Translations under genes and position numbers: made by a program
In this document: piece by piece, positions 19,227 through 28,778 of the stretch
How positions within the stretch are numbered: the first letter of the stretch is position 1
How the letters are laid out: each line of letters opens with the position of its first letter
The notes under the pieces: generated by a model
What the model saw: only the letters and a program-made list of their open reading frames with translations
What the model was told of the DNA's origin: nothing
Databases searched by the model: none
DNA from: a virus
Reading direction: 5' to 3' (one strand)
Length of the DNA: 64,000 nt
Virus record (IMG/VR): IMGVR_UViG_3300034105_001128
Span: 12,242 to 76,241 of that record

Positions 19227-20274
19227 CTGTGCTTAGCATTAGGACTGGAGCAGACTTTAACGTATCCATTACGGCAGTAGTCAGTTCAGTTCTTAACTCA
19301 ATCTCTTCACGAAGTGAATCAATGAGGGCTTGAGCCCCCTGCCACTTACGGTCACCGTAATACATCCAGCCACCACGACGATCTACAATTCCGTTAAGGA
19401 TGGATAGGGCAACGATTTCTTTACCAGAATCATAACCCCCAGCATCAACTGGTCCTCCATCAGAGAAGTAGAAGTCGAGGTAGGCTGTCTGCTGTGGAGG
19501 ATAGGTCTTGTTCTTAATTGTGCGGACTCGGATTGTTTGCCCCACACGGCGCTTATCCTGTCCAGTGCCCACCTCTAGCCATTCATCGCGCTTTATTTCG
19601 CAACGAACGCTATACGCATAATCTTTACCAAGACCACCCGGTGTAGTACGAGGATCGCCGTGCATGACGCCAATCTTCATACGGTATTGATTAATCATCA
19701 TGCCCAATACAGGGCGCTCTGATTCAATCAAATCTCTTTTAGTTGCTGATGCTACTTTTCGGAAGAATTTGTTGGTGATGAGTGCTCCTCGTCCAACAGT
19801 AAATTCATCCATTTCTTTCTCATCCTCTGCTCCAGGTACGAGGGCAGGTAGACTGTCAATAACAACCATATCAACAGCTTTACTTTCCATGAATTTAATA
19901 ACTGCTTCATACGCATTCTCCATACTGTTAGTTTCTACAAGAATAACTCGCTCAGTTATAACGCCACAGAGCTCGGCGTATTTTGCATCGAAATCTTCTG
20001 CAGCAATCCACACTGCAGTAAAGTCTGGGTTTACTTTTTGGTTGGCGGCAATAGTTCTTAGAGCGATAGCTGTCTTACCATGTGATGCCTCGCCTACTAG
20101 TTCTACCCAACGATTCATAGGCCATCCACCACCTAGAACAACGTCTAGTGTTAGAGAACCTGATGTGACACGTTGTGTAGCAACAACGTTATTGGCAGCA
20201 ACTACTGTGTTTGCCCCGTACTTTTTATTTAGTTGGGCGACTACCTTTAGTGCGTCTGAATTAATAACTGCCAT
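19216..20274 (-). CDS. recA: RecA-like recombinase
   Basis: SGSLTLD..LGGG, GEASHGKT, VIDSL, INQYR.KIG..GDP.TTPGG. Confidence 0.92.
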   Translation of the reverse strand: MAVINSDALKVVAQLNKKYGANTVVAANNVVATQRVTSGSLTLDVVLGGGWPMNRWVELVGEASHGKTAIALRTIAANQKVNPDFTAVWIAAEDFDAKYAELCGVITERVILVETNSMENAYEAVIKFMESKAVDMVVIDSLPALVPGAEDEKEMDEFTVGRGALITNKFFRKVASATKRDLIESERPVLGMMINQYRMKIGVMHGDPRTTPGGLGKDYAYSVRCEIKRDEWLEVGTGQDKRRVGQTIRVRTIKNKTYPPQQTAYLDFYFSDGGPVDAGGYDSGKEIVALSILNGIVDRRGGWMYYGDRKWQGAQALIDSLREEIELRTELTTAVMDTLKSAPVLMLSTDEE

Positions 20275-20663
20275 TATCCGATCCTATCTACGATTATGTT
20301 GGGGTTAAAACCTGATGTTCCTACTTGTTTTGCTGCAACTGTTGGTCCTGAACTTTGACTTGGAAGCCCTGTTCCAGTCCCTGATTGTACCAGTGGATAC
20401 CCACAGTCATAACAACGTTTTGCAGTGTTGCTTCCTGGGGATGACATATAGTTTCCTGAATAACAGCCTGGACATGTTTCAGTGCTTCTAGAGCTAGCGG
20501 CTTTGCTCACTAACTGATCTTGAGCAGCATCGTAATCAACACGTACGGTTGGTTGATTAACTGTTGCCCTGTACACGTTACTCGGCGCGGGACCTGTAGC
20601 AGGTGTAGAACTTTGAGTAGGCTTGTTATTTAATTTATTTGCCCACCAGTCATTGTTTGCCAT
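20274..20663 (-). CDS. Hypothetical zinc-ribbon protein
   Basis: CPGC and CYDC motifs; likely start MANNDWW. Confidence 0.6.
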   Translation of the reverse strand: MANNDWWANKLNNKPTQSSTPATGPAPSNVYRATVNQPTVRVDYDAAQDQLVSKAASSRSTETCPGCYSGNYMSSPGSNTAKRCYDCGYPLVQSGTGTGLPSQSSGPTVAAKQVGTSGFNPNIIVDRIG

Positions 20664-21093
20664 TGTTTGCTCCATTTAGTTCAATTAACTCTAAGTTAAA
20701 TAAGGTAGATACGCAAGAAAGTGAAGAGGATAATGCAACTAACCTAAACAATCTTTGAAGCGTTTCTGCGTCTTCCATAAAGTTTTCTTCTATTTGATTG
20801 TCTTCTAGCAAGTACGCAGCAACTGCAATTTTAGATGCTATATCTGCATGCGAGTCGATAAGCGGAAGCAGCCTAGAAAATCGTTGTAAACGTTTTTCAC
20901 TTGCTTGTTCTTCCATGTCAGCTACTTCGTCAGATATTGGGGGTAAGCCCATAGCGTTAGCTATGTCTTCTGCAGGCATGAGCATAGTATCATAAATTAC
21001 TTGACGCATCAAAATAGGCAAAGAAACACTCAGCACCTTATCTGAATCACTAATTGACACTCGTACTTTGTTTTTCTTTTTACGTCCAAACAT
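20650..21093 (-). CDS. Hypothetical protein
   Basis: Start MFGRKKK coupled to polymerase stop. Confidence 0.55.
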   Translation of the reverse strand: MFGRKKKNKVRVSISDSDKVLSVSLPILMRQVIYDTMLMPAEDIANAMGLPPISDEVADMEEQASEKRLQRFSRLLPLIDSHADIASKIAVAAYLLEDNQIEENFMEDAETLQRLFRLVALSSSLSCVSTLFNLELIELNGANNGKQ

Positions 21094-23069
21094 TATTTGG
21101 CGTCTCCCCATCGAGTAACCGTCGTAATATCCGCCAACATTGGGATATTAAGAGCGTTGATTCCTTCCATAGCCTCACGAATCGCTGCCTCTGTTTCCCC
21201 AATAAGATCATTGGGAGTGACAGTAACTAATTCGTCATGGATCGTAAGAATTAGGTTTGACCCGTCAGGAATCATTTTGTGTGCCCTAATCATAGCAAGC
21301 TTTATGAGATCTGCCGAAGACCCCTGAATAACCGTATTAAACGCCTGGCGTTCTGCCCTGGCACGTTCCCAAATCACAGAAGATCTAAGATCTGGCAGGT
21401 ATCTACGGCGATTCATGTAGGTAAGGGCATATGGAACTGGGCCACGATTGCGGCTCTCCTGAATAACCCTCTTCTTGTATCGAGCTACAGAGGGGAACTT
21501 AGCAATAAACCCGTCTAGGAGTTCTCTAGCCTCATTGACAGAACAGCCGATAGAATCAGCAATCTTATCTGGACCTACACCGTATGCTAAAGATAGCACC
21601 AATTGCTTACCGGCTTTACGGTCTACCCCCATAGTAGTACCTACAGTTGTATAGATGTCCTCACCATTCATGTAGGCAGTACACATAATGCGGTCCTCAC
21701 TAAAGGATGCAATAACACGTGGTTCAATCTGAGAGTAGTCAGCCACCACTAATGAGTGGCCTTCTGGTGCAACGAAAAGATTTCTAATCGCTTTACCATT
21801 TACAGTATGCGGAGCAGGCACATTCTGTAAATTAGGGTTGCGACTAGAAAATCTTCCCGTCTCTGCACCATATTGAATAAAGTCCGTGTGGATACGGCCA
21901 TCAAGAAGTAGGCTCTTCTTTGCAACAGTCTTTGACTTACCAAGGAGCGTACGTGTAATATCCCCACCTAAATAGGGAATCACATAAGTTGTTAACAACT
22001 TATTTAGATCAGAATAATTGAGGAGCGCATCTACAAGAGCATCTTTTCCCGCAAACATTTTTAGTGCGGGTTCTGATACCGAATAGTCAGATACCGTTGA
22101 TGGGGTGCCGGAATCCATGCGCTTCTCGCCGGCTGGTGTTAAAACTTTAGGGCGTAATCCACGTCCGCCTTCTTTTTTGCCTAAGAACAAAAGCTTTTGT
22201 TTTTCAGGAATACTGTTAATGTTAAAGGCTTTACCGGCAAGCTTATAGATCTCGCCCTTAGTTGTTTCTAATTGAACCTCTAAGTTGTCTTTTAACTTCT
22301 CTAGTTCAGAAACGTCAATGTCTGCGCCACGTAGCTCCATGTTGCAGATAACATCTAATACATCCATCTCTAAGTTAAATACTCCACGAAGCTTATCAGT
22401 GTCTAGTTGTTTAGAGTATTTAATCCAAAGCTTCCAGGTCCATTCTGCATCTAGTGCAGCGTAGGTTGCAACCTCTTCAAAGCTATATACCTCTACTTCT
22501 TTACCTACACCCTTCACCATCTCGTACCCAAACTCACGCTTAAGGCAATCATCTAGGCCAAGGTTATTACGATTTTGTGTGTTAAGAATAAACGCAGCAT
22601 TAAGAGTACATGCGTATGGTTGTGCAGGTAAGGCGCCAAGATACTTGGTTACGCTCTGTAAATCGAACTTTAGGTTATGACCAATCTTAACCTTGTCGCT
22701 TGCAAATAGTGGGCGAAGTGCCTTAAACACTTCACCACGTGTTAACTGTTCAGGGCCTTCTGTAAAGATCTTCTTAGCTTTGCGCTCATCTTTACTATAG
22801 TCTGAGGGACGTAGTGGAAGGCCCTTAATGATACGGTCTTGTGCAGAAGGTAGCAAAGGATATTCTGTTGTTACATATTCACCATTTGGGTGACCCATAG
22901 GAATAACATCTACGCGGTCGTACGTAGCAAAAGCAATCCACATAACAATATTTTGGCGTGGATCTCCGCGGTGGTCACCTACTGTTTCAACATCGTATAC
23001 AAATGAGTCTACTTTATCGTAGGCAGAAATCATCTCTGCTAACTGGTCAAGTGTGGTAACTATATTCAT
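21093..23069 (-). CDS. polA: Family A DNA polymerase with 3'-5' exonuclease, no 5' nuclease domain
   Basis: DVET, HNLKFD, YAALDA; TGRFSS.NPNLQN, DYSQIE, YG, AFNTVIQGSSAD, IHDE; start set at MNIV after AGGAG. Confidence 0.95.
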   Translation of the reverse strand: MNIVTTLDQLAEMISAYDKVDSFVYDVETVGDHRGDPRQNIVMWIAFATYDRVDVIPMGHPNGEYVTTEYPLLPSAQDRIIKGLPLRPSDYSKDERKAKKIFTEGPEQLTRGEVFKALRPLFASDKVKIGHNLKFDLQSVTKYLGALPAQPYACTLNAAFILNTQNRNNLGLDDCLKREFGYEMVKGVGKEVEVYSFEEVATYAALDAEWTWKLWIKYSKQLDTDKLRGVFNLEMDVLDVICNMELRGADIDVSELEKLKDNLEVQLETTKGEIYKLAGKAFNINSIPEKQKLLFLGKKEGGRGLRPKVLTPAGEKRMDSGTPSTVSDYSVSEPALKMFAGKDALVDALLNYSDLNKLLTTYVIPYLGGDITRTLLGKSKTVAKKSLLLDGRIHTDFIQYGAETGRFSSRNPNLQNVPAPHTVNGKAIRNLFVAPEGHSLVVADYSQIEPRVIASFSEDRIMCTAYMNGEDIYTTVGTTMGVDRKAGKQLVLSLAYGVGPDKIADSIGCSVNEARELLDGFIAKFPSVARYKKRVIQESRNRGPVPYALTYMNRRRYLPDLRSSVIWERARAERQAFNTVIQGSSADLIKLAMIRAHKMIPDGSNLILTIHDELVTVTPNDLIGETEAAIREAMEGINALNIPMLADITTVTRWGDAK

Positions 23070-23087
23070 TGCTCTCCTAAAGTTAAT

Positions 23088-23130
23088 GTGAGGGGCCCGT
23101 AGAAAGGAGGTCAAAAACCGGGCCCCTCAC
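23088..23130 (-). promoter_or_regulatory. 12-bp hairpin upstream of polA with anti-Shine-Dalgarno loop
   Basis: GTGAGGGGCCCG / CGGGCCCCTCAC perfect inverted repeat; mRNA loop contains ACCUCCUUUCU. Confidence 0.65.
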
Positions 23131-23142
23131 TTGATGGGTTAT

Positions 23143-23832
23143 TTAGTTAGCTGACGCAATTTCACGAGCAATCTCAGCCAATTCAGCCTTGGTGGACGTA
23201 TGGAGAGCGTCTGGTCCAAGTGGCTTCATAGTCTTGATTAACTCAGCGGCAGCAACAGGATCAATTTCCCATTCCTCAGCAAGGTCACGTTCCTTCACAG
23301 GAACAATTGAGTAAGAAGTCTTTGTCCCCTGACCAGACTTACTTACTGCCCAATATAGGTCAGCGCGATTAAGTGGGCCTGTCTTCGTATTTGAAGCAAG
23401 CTTTTCAAGCTGACCGCATAAGCGAACCCCGACAACCATTAACTGGAGTTGTGGATCCTCATCAGAAAGATTAAGGACGGTAAAGGCAAACTTTGGATCC
23501 GGCTTGCTACCTACAGCAATTAGTGGATCGTCTTCACCAATACTAATGAATGACTTTTTACCTGGACGGTTTACCCAATGCTGCATAAATGCCATTGGTT
23601 CGTCTGAGATAAATTTAATAAGTTGGACATCTTCGTCAAAACGGAAATCCGTTGCGAATGCCTTTGTAGACTTGGCTACGGCAGTCTTTGCTGCCTTCCA
23701 GCCTGTCTGAATGACAGATGAGCGTTCTGGAACTTCGTTCTCATCTTCTTGGACAAATAGATCTTCATCTGCTGGTGCAGCGTATGAATCTACGTTTGGA
23801 ACTGGCTTTGATATTTTTAACGATGTGCTCAT
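23143..23832 (-). CDS. Putative single-stranded DNA-binding protein
   Basis: IKF..QHWV...SKSGQGTKTSY pattern as in phage SSBs; adjacent to polymerase. Confidence 0.6.
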   Translation of the reverse strand: MSTSLKISKPVPNVDSYAAPADEDLFVQEDENEVPERSSVIQTGWKAAKTAVAKSTKAFATDFRFDEDVQLIKFISDEPMAFMQHWVNRPGKKSFISIGEDDPLIAVGSKPDPKFAFTVLNLSDEDPQLQLMVVGVRLCGQLEKLASNTKTGPLNRADLYWAVSKSGQGTKTSYSIVPVKERDLAEEWEIDPVAAAELIKTMKPLGPDALHTSTKAELAEIAREIASAN

Positions 23833-23893
23833 GGCGCATCCTTTCGGTAGTTGGCTGATAGCTGAGATTCGGTTGAATCTTTACGCTAGGTAG

Positions 23894-24361
23894 TTAGTTA
23901 GTTTCTTGCTCATGGATTTTCTTCCATGTTTCCATCAGTTCAATTGATAGATCATGGTGTTTATTCCAATCAATCCTGGGAACATCAATCAGTCCCCGAG
24001 ACTCAAAGCTTGCAACAGTTGCTTCGATAATTGTTTTACTGTACATCCGCCATCCGGGCTTCTTTACACCTTTAACAATTATTGACTTTAGGCGATAGGG
24101 TGCACGTGGTATAAAACCTTTTCGTTCCCAAAGCCTCAAAGTAACTATCGGTCTGCCTAATGCGAGACACAATGACCCCGCACTATATAATTCTACCACG
24201 TTTCCATTAGGTAGAGTTTTTACCTGAGGATTCTCATCCCAGGAACCTTCTTGTATTACTTTTTTAGGTTTAGCATTTGGATTTACGGCACGACGCTTTT
24301 TCTTAGAGCCTGGATAATAATCATCCAAACTCTTAAATAAGTTGTCTACCTGATCTGTCAT
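23894..24361 (-). CDS. MerR-like HTH DNA-binding protein
   Basis: YSAGSL..ALGR..VTLRLWERKGFIP...GWRMY. Confidence 0.7.
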   Translation of the reverse strand: MTDQVDNLFKSLDDYYPGSKKKRRAVNPNAKPKKVIQEGSWDENPQVKTLPNGNVVELYSAGSLCLALGRPIVTLRLWERKGFIPRAPYRLKSIIVKGVKKPGWRMYSKTIIEATVASFESRGLIDVPRIDWNKHHDLSIELMETWKKIHEQETN

Positions 24362-24369
24362 GTCATCCC

Positions 24370-24798
24370 TTATTTTATGTAGAACGCGTATGAAACTTTC
24401 TTAGTAAACATAGCATCAATATCTTCTTCTGCTAAAAGACCTTCGTATAGGCAAGCCATTACTTCTGCTTCATCTAGCATAGGGATCATCTTATAGCAAC
24501 GCTCTGACAAACCTTTTTCACTAAGAATAGTGTTTGCTGAGTCTTCGTTAAGTGATTGAGATACTTTGCGCTGACGTTGTAGAGATGTAACCCCATCTAC
24601 CTCAAAAGGTAGTGTAAGCCAAATATGGCCTTTTTCGTCTGGCTCACCCTCTTCGTCAACAATGTCTGAAAGCTCGGCCTGAATTGATGACCGCTCTTTA
24701 TCCATATCGGCAATGCGACGCTTTAATGCTACAAAGCTCGCAACCTTATTCATAAAGGTGTTGTTCTGTGGATCTTCTTTTTCTATAACTTTAGGCAT
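24370..24798 (-). CDS. Hypothetical phage protein
   Basis: 142-aa ORF, GGAGG RBS. Confidence 0.6.
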   Translation of the reverse strand: MPKVIEKEDPQNNTFMNKVASFVALKRRIADMDKERSSIQAELSDIVDEEGEPDEKGHIWLTLPFEVDGVTSLQRQRKVSQSLNEDSANTILSEKGLSERCYKMIPMLDEAEVMACLYEGLLAEEDIDAMFTKKVSYAFYIK

Positions 24799-24830
24799 AT
24801 GTTTTTCCCTCCGTTATATATTTTAGCCGA

Positions 24831-24989
24831 TTATTCGACAGAACGCAAATCGTTAATATACGCCTCTAAGGCCTTAATAATGACATCTGTGACGGTACGA
24901 CCCTCAGAGAAAGCTTTGGCTTTAACGGCCTCCCAGAGGTCGCTAGAGACACGTATGGTACGTGTAGGGGTCTTAGGTGCATTAGGCAT
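24831..24989 (-). CDS. Ribbon-helix-helix DNA-binding protein (52 aa)
   Basis: Not in ORF track; MPNAPKTPTRTIRVSSDLWEAVKAKAFSEGRTVTDVIIKALEAYI; ATG 6 nt after TAGAAT. Confidence 0.75.
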   Translation of the reverse strand: MPNAPKTPTRTIRVSSDLWEAVKAKAFSEGRTVTDVIIKALEAYINDLRSVE

Positions 24990-24998
24990 AGAAATATT

Positions 24999-26582
24999 CT
25001 ATACCGAAATCTCTTCTAAAAATGCCCTAAGTGTCCCAACAGTCAAGTTAACGCCACCCTCTGTATTTATGCCTTCACCATCAATTATTGCATTAGCTAC
25101 GGCCATCTTCTGCACCAGCATTGCGTGCTGACGCTCTTCGATAGACCCCTGCATTAAGAAGTCTTGAATAACAATTGAAGGCCAAGTACTAGAGGCCCTT
25201 CGTATACGCCCATTACGTTGTAGCGCCAAACCTGCGTTCCACGGAAGGTCGTAATTAATAAGTAGGTTAGCCTGAGGGAGATCCACGCCATAGCCACCGG
25301 CGTCAGAACTAATAAGTATACGGCAACTTGGGTCAGTTTGGAAAGTGACTTTAGCAATCTCTTTAGCTTTAGCATCTAGTTCTCCAGTATAAATTTGTGG
25401 TGAATACTTTTCAAGACTTTTTTCAAGTAGCCTAACCATGTGAACATAGCTAGTGAAAATAACAATTTTGTTTCCTTCATAACTATCTAAAAACTCAGAA
25501 ACATATTTCTCAAGGGCTGTTGCTTTAGGATGCGCTTTAAGAGGAGCAAGCTTACCGCCTTCATCTAAATCATTTATATATTTAGACCCGGCGTCGTTGT
25601 CTTTACGGTATTTGCCTGCAGAGTTAGACAGTAGGGCGGGAGCATCGCAAAGCATTCTTAATGCCGTTAACTTAGACATAATCTTGCCCTTCATAGCATT
25701 TGCGGCATCGTTTTGGTTTTCTCCAGAGTAGTGGGAAAACAAATCAAATGAGCTACCAAAATCATCTATAGCATTATCTAAATCGTCTAGTATCTCTCTA
25801 ACAATCTGTCTATACAGAACTGCTCCTGCACGGTCAAACTCCACCAAGATAGGCTCTGCAAAAATTGTATCCGGTAAGTAGGGTGCAACATCTGGATCTT
25901 GTTGACGTTTGCGTACAGACGCGGTTGCTAAAGTCTTAGCTAATGTAGAAAGATTTCTATATTTTTCTACTCCACCAAAGTGATTACGCACAATAAAAGT
26001 CTTATCAAATAAATCAAATCTTCCTAATACTTTAGGATCGATAAACTGCATAATGCTGTACAGTTCTTCAGGCTTACCGTTTTCAATAGGTGTGCCTGTC
26101 AGAGCAAACTTAACTGGGCTAGTAAGTTTCTTTACTTGCTTTGATCGTTTTGATCTGAAGCTTTTGATAGCTGTCGCTTCGTCGCACACCACGAATCCTC
26201 GTGCAAGGTGCTGGACATAGTCCCAGTCGTTAACCACCTGCTCATAGTTGAGAATGACATAATCAGTGAGCGAATGCCCCCAGTCGGCCGCCTCAGTGTA
26301 CTGGAGCGCTCTTTGTTTTGGCGTTCCATCAATGACCACAACGTTTGCAGCGTCATCTGTAAATTTCCTAATCTGTTCTGCCCACTGATACTTCAATGAG
26401 GATAGGCAAACAATAATACCAGGTTCAGTTATCTTTCCAAGGTCTTTAAGCTCTTCAAGTGCAGCAATAGTCAGGACAGTTTTACCCAAGCCAAGGTCGT
26501 AGGCCACAAGCATCTTCTTGCGGTCTACCATAGCCTCTACAGCCTCTACCTGGTAGGGAAGAAGGGTCCCGGTGAAGGTCAT
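24999..26582 (-). CDS. SNF2-family helicase
   Basis: LLPYQ, DLGLGKT, CDEA, LTGTP, GYGVDL, QRNGRIRR. Confidence 0.9.
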   Translation of the reverse strand: MTFTGTLLPYQVEAVEAMVDRKKMLVAYDLGLGKTVLTIAALEELKDLGKITEPGIIVCLSSLKYQWAEQIRKFTDDAANVVVIDGTPKQRALQYTEAADWGHSLTDYVILNYEQVVNDWDYVQHLARGFVVCDEATAIKSFRSKRSKQVKKLTSPVKFALTGTPIENGKPEELYSIMQFIDPKVLGRFDLFDKTFIVRNHFGGVEKYRNLSTLAKTLATASVRKRQQDPDVAPYLPDTIFAEPILVEFDRAGAVLYRQIVREILDDLDNAIDDFGSSFDLFSHYSGENQNDAANAMKGKIMSKLTALRMLCDAPALLSNSAGKYRKDNDAGSKYINDLDEGGKLAPLKAHPKATALEKYVSEFLDSYEGNKIVIFTSYVHMVRLLEKSLEKYSPQIYTGELDAKAKEIAKVTFQTDPSCRILISSDAGGYGVDLPQANLLINYDLPWNAGLALQRNGRIRRASSTWPSIVIQDFLMQGSIEERQHAMLVQKMAVANAIIDGEGINTEGGVNLTVGTLRAFLEEISV

Positions 26583-26791
26583 GCGTCACGTCTCCAACGT
26601 AAAAATGATTTGATGTAGACGACTGTGTATGCAACAGCTGCAAATATAAATCCGTATTGATCAGTGGTCACTGCGTAGATAATCCACAAGCATTCGTTGA
26701 ATATGAGCCATAACCATGCCCATTTCTTTTTACGACCTACAAAGTAGATACCTGTAACGCCAATTGTTGCCAATACATATGACCACATCAT
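26579..26791 (-). CDS. Small PnuC-like membrane protein
   Basis: Three Trp-rich hydrophobic helices. Confidence 0.5.
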   Translation of the reverse strand: MMWSYVLATIGVTGIYFVGRKKKWAWLWLIFNECLWIIYAVTTDQYGFIFAAVAYTVVYIKSFLRWRRDA

Positions 26792-27324
26792 ACTAATCCG
26801 TTCATTCTTGTCTTAATCATTAACTCTAAATTTTCTAAAGTACCATTGTTAGCAAAGATCTGATCTACTTGGTAACCATCCATATCACGCTCTGATACGT
26901 GACCATTTACTGCACCAACTCCCATACGCTTTATGCGCCACAGCTGTGCTTCTGGAAATGACTTTAGATAATCAGCTTCGTTTGTAAAACGAACATCTGT
27001 TACTACTACCTTGTCCCATGGTTTGTGAGGTCCCAAAGCCTGCTTAACCCAAAAGCCTTCGCCAAATACCTTGCGAGCACCAACCCCAAGATCTTGCAGT
27101 AAGCGCCGTACTTCCGGGAACGCTGTCTTTGCAACGTCCCAACCATATGCATCAATAACGCCCTGAAGTCTATAATCACCATCTTTAACTGCAGGGTTCA
27201 TTTCATAAAGAAGTTTGCGAATAGGGTCTGCAAATGCTACGCGTTCAAACCCGTAGTGATCTACAAGAACCTTAGCTACGGTGTCTTTGCCTGACTGTGC
27301 GTACCCTGTTAGTCCAATAATCAT
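26788..27324 (-). CDS. Deoxynucleoside monophosphate kinase
   Basis: IIGLTGYAQSGKDT, FADPI, RRLLQ.LG, DVRF.NE, HVSE. Confidence 0.88.
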   Translation of the reverse strand: MIIGLTGYAQSGKDTVAKVLVDHYGFERVAFADPIRKLLYEMNPAVKDGDYRLQGVIDAYGWDVAKTAFPEVRRLLQDLGVGARKVFGEGFWVKQALGPHKPWDKVVVTDVRFTNEADYLKSFPEAQLWRIKRMGVGAVNGHVSERDMDGYQVDQIFANNGTLENLELMIKTRMNGLV

Positions 27325-28292
27325 GCGTATGCCGCCTCCCCAAACACTGAATGTTTTGCCTTCTCTATACCTATTATAACCTGTTCTTCAGTCATATCGC
27401 CAATGTCTTTTACATCCCCGTCATACTTAAAGAAGAAGCACTCCAACCCCTCTTTCTTAGTACGCTCAAGCATGTCCTTGGATGCTTTCTTGCCGGCTGG
27501 GTCAATCTTTGGGTTATCAAAGGCAATGATCAACTTATCTGCACGCCGCATAAGATCAACCTGATCTTGACTGATAGCTGCACCAAAAGTTGAGACGCCT
27601 CCCTCTATTCCCAAAGATGAGAGTCTTATAACGTCCAAAGGAGACTCCACTATGATCATAGTTCCACCAGACCAAACATCTAACCCAAACAAAGTTTTAG
27701 ACTTTTGCACTCCGGTAGGTCTGTTACGAAAGTAACGATTAACTTGTCCCTTTTCCTGCCACCCCATAAGCTTGTTTGTATCAGGTTGACGAATAGGTGT
27801 GATCCAGCCCTGCTGTTTTGCATCCCACTTAACAGAGTGCTTGATGCAAGCCTCTGCCGTTAGACCCCTAGCAGATAAAGCCCAATCTGGTGGTAGGCTG
27901 TCGAAAATCGACAGACGTGCCTCACTCATCTCTACAGGTCTTTCAATGGGGACATAAGAGTTCTTGGCTTCTTCTAGTTGCTTTGCCAATAACTCAAAGT
28001 TAACCTCAATATTTTGACGCAGCCATGATTTAGCTGCGTCAAAATCAAGGCGTCCCCATTCGGTAAGGAACTCATTAATCTCTGCAACAAGAGTAATAAG
28101 AGTTCCGCGGTATCCACAAGAGAAGCAGTGGTGTACACCGGTTTCGCAGTTCATTGACCATGAGGGGTTAGAGTCTGGTCGCCCAGTTCTTTCTAAGTGC
28201 ATAGGGCATAGACCAAGCAACTCACTGTTGCGTTGGTTGACCTCTATGCCTAGCCTTAGTAAAGCAATCTCTACATCGCCCTCACGGTACAT
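27321..28292 (-). CDS. dnaG: DNA primase (CHC2 zinc finger + TOPRIM)
   Basis: CPMH...CFSC; IVESPLD; AFDN; DIGD. Confidence 0.88.
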   Translation of the reverse strand: MYREGDVEIALLRLGIEVNQRNSELLGLCPMHLERTGRPDSNPSWSMNCETGVHHCFSCGYRGTLITLVAEINEFLTEWGRLDFDAAKSWLRQNIEVNFELLAKQLEEAKNSYVPIERPVEMSEARLSIFDSLPPDWALSARGLTAEACIKHSVKWDAKQQGWITPIRQPDTNKLMGWQEKGQVNRYFRNRPTGVQKSKTLFGLDVWSGGTMIIVESPLDVIRLSSLGIEGGVSTFGAAISQDQVDLMRRADKLIIAFDNPKIDPAGKKASKDMLERTKKEGLECFFFKYDGDVKDIGDMTEEQVIIGIEKAKHSVFGEAAYA

Positions 28293-28293
28293 A

Positions 28294-28500
28294 CTATTCC
28301 TCTTCTACAGGTCGATCATCCATCATTACATAATCCTCTGGCATATCTACCAAAGTAGGTGCTGTAGCCATAGAACCACAGTCTGCACATTCCATATCTA
28401 GGAAGTACATAGAGATTTCATAATCTTGGAACATGCACTTTACATTCCATACTTGTGATCCACAAGCACAAATGTGTGTAGGCTCACCGCGAAGATCCAT
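28294..28500 (-). CDS. Small zinc-ribbon protein
   Basis: PTHICACG...CADCG. Confidence 0.6.
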   Translation of the reverse strand: MDLRGEPTHICACGSQVWNVKCMFQDYEISMYFLDMECADCGSMATAPTLVDMPEDYVMMDDRPVEEE

Positions 28501-28520
28501 AGCGTTTTTGTAATCTGGTT

Positions 28521-28778
28521 TTAATTCTGTGATGTGTTTAATTTTCTTAACCTCTTCCGATCATGTGGGGTTGTTCCCGCCCAAATCCCATCTAGGTTTG
28601 GGTATTGCATTGCGTACTTAAGGCAAGAGTCCTTAATCCAACAGTCTTCGCATACTTTTCTAGCCTCATCAATTATGAGCGGATCTTTATAATCCGGTGG
28701 AAAGAATAAGTCTGGATCCGCATCTAGACAAAGTTGGGTTCCGTTAAAAGGATTGAATTGGCTGGCCAAAAGATCCAT
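28521..28778 (-). CDS. whiB: Second WhiB-family protein
   Basis: LC..DPDLFFP..ARKVCEDC.IKDSCL..GIWAGTT...R; start reassigned to MDLLAS after GGAGG. Confidence 0.82.
   Translation of the reverse strand: MDLLASQFNPFNGTQLCLDADPDLFFPPDYKDPLIIDEARKVCEDCWIKDSCLKYAMQYPNLDGIWAGTTPHDRKRLRKLNTSQN

Noticed and set aside
19700-20308. 202-aa + strand ORF
   Set aside because: Antisense shadow of recA.
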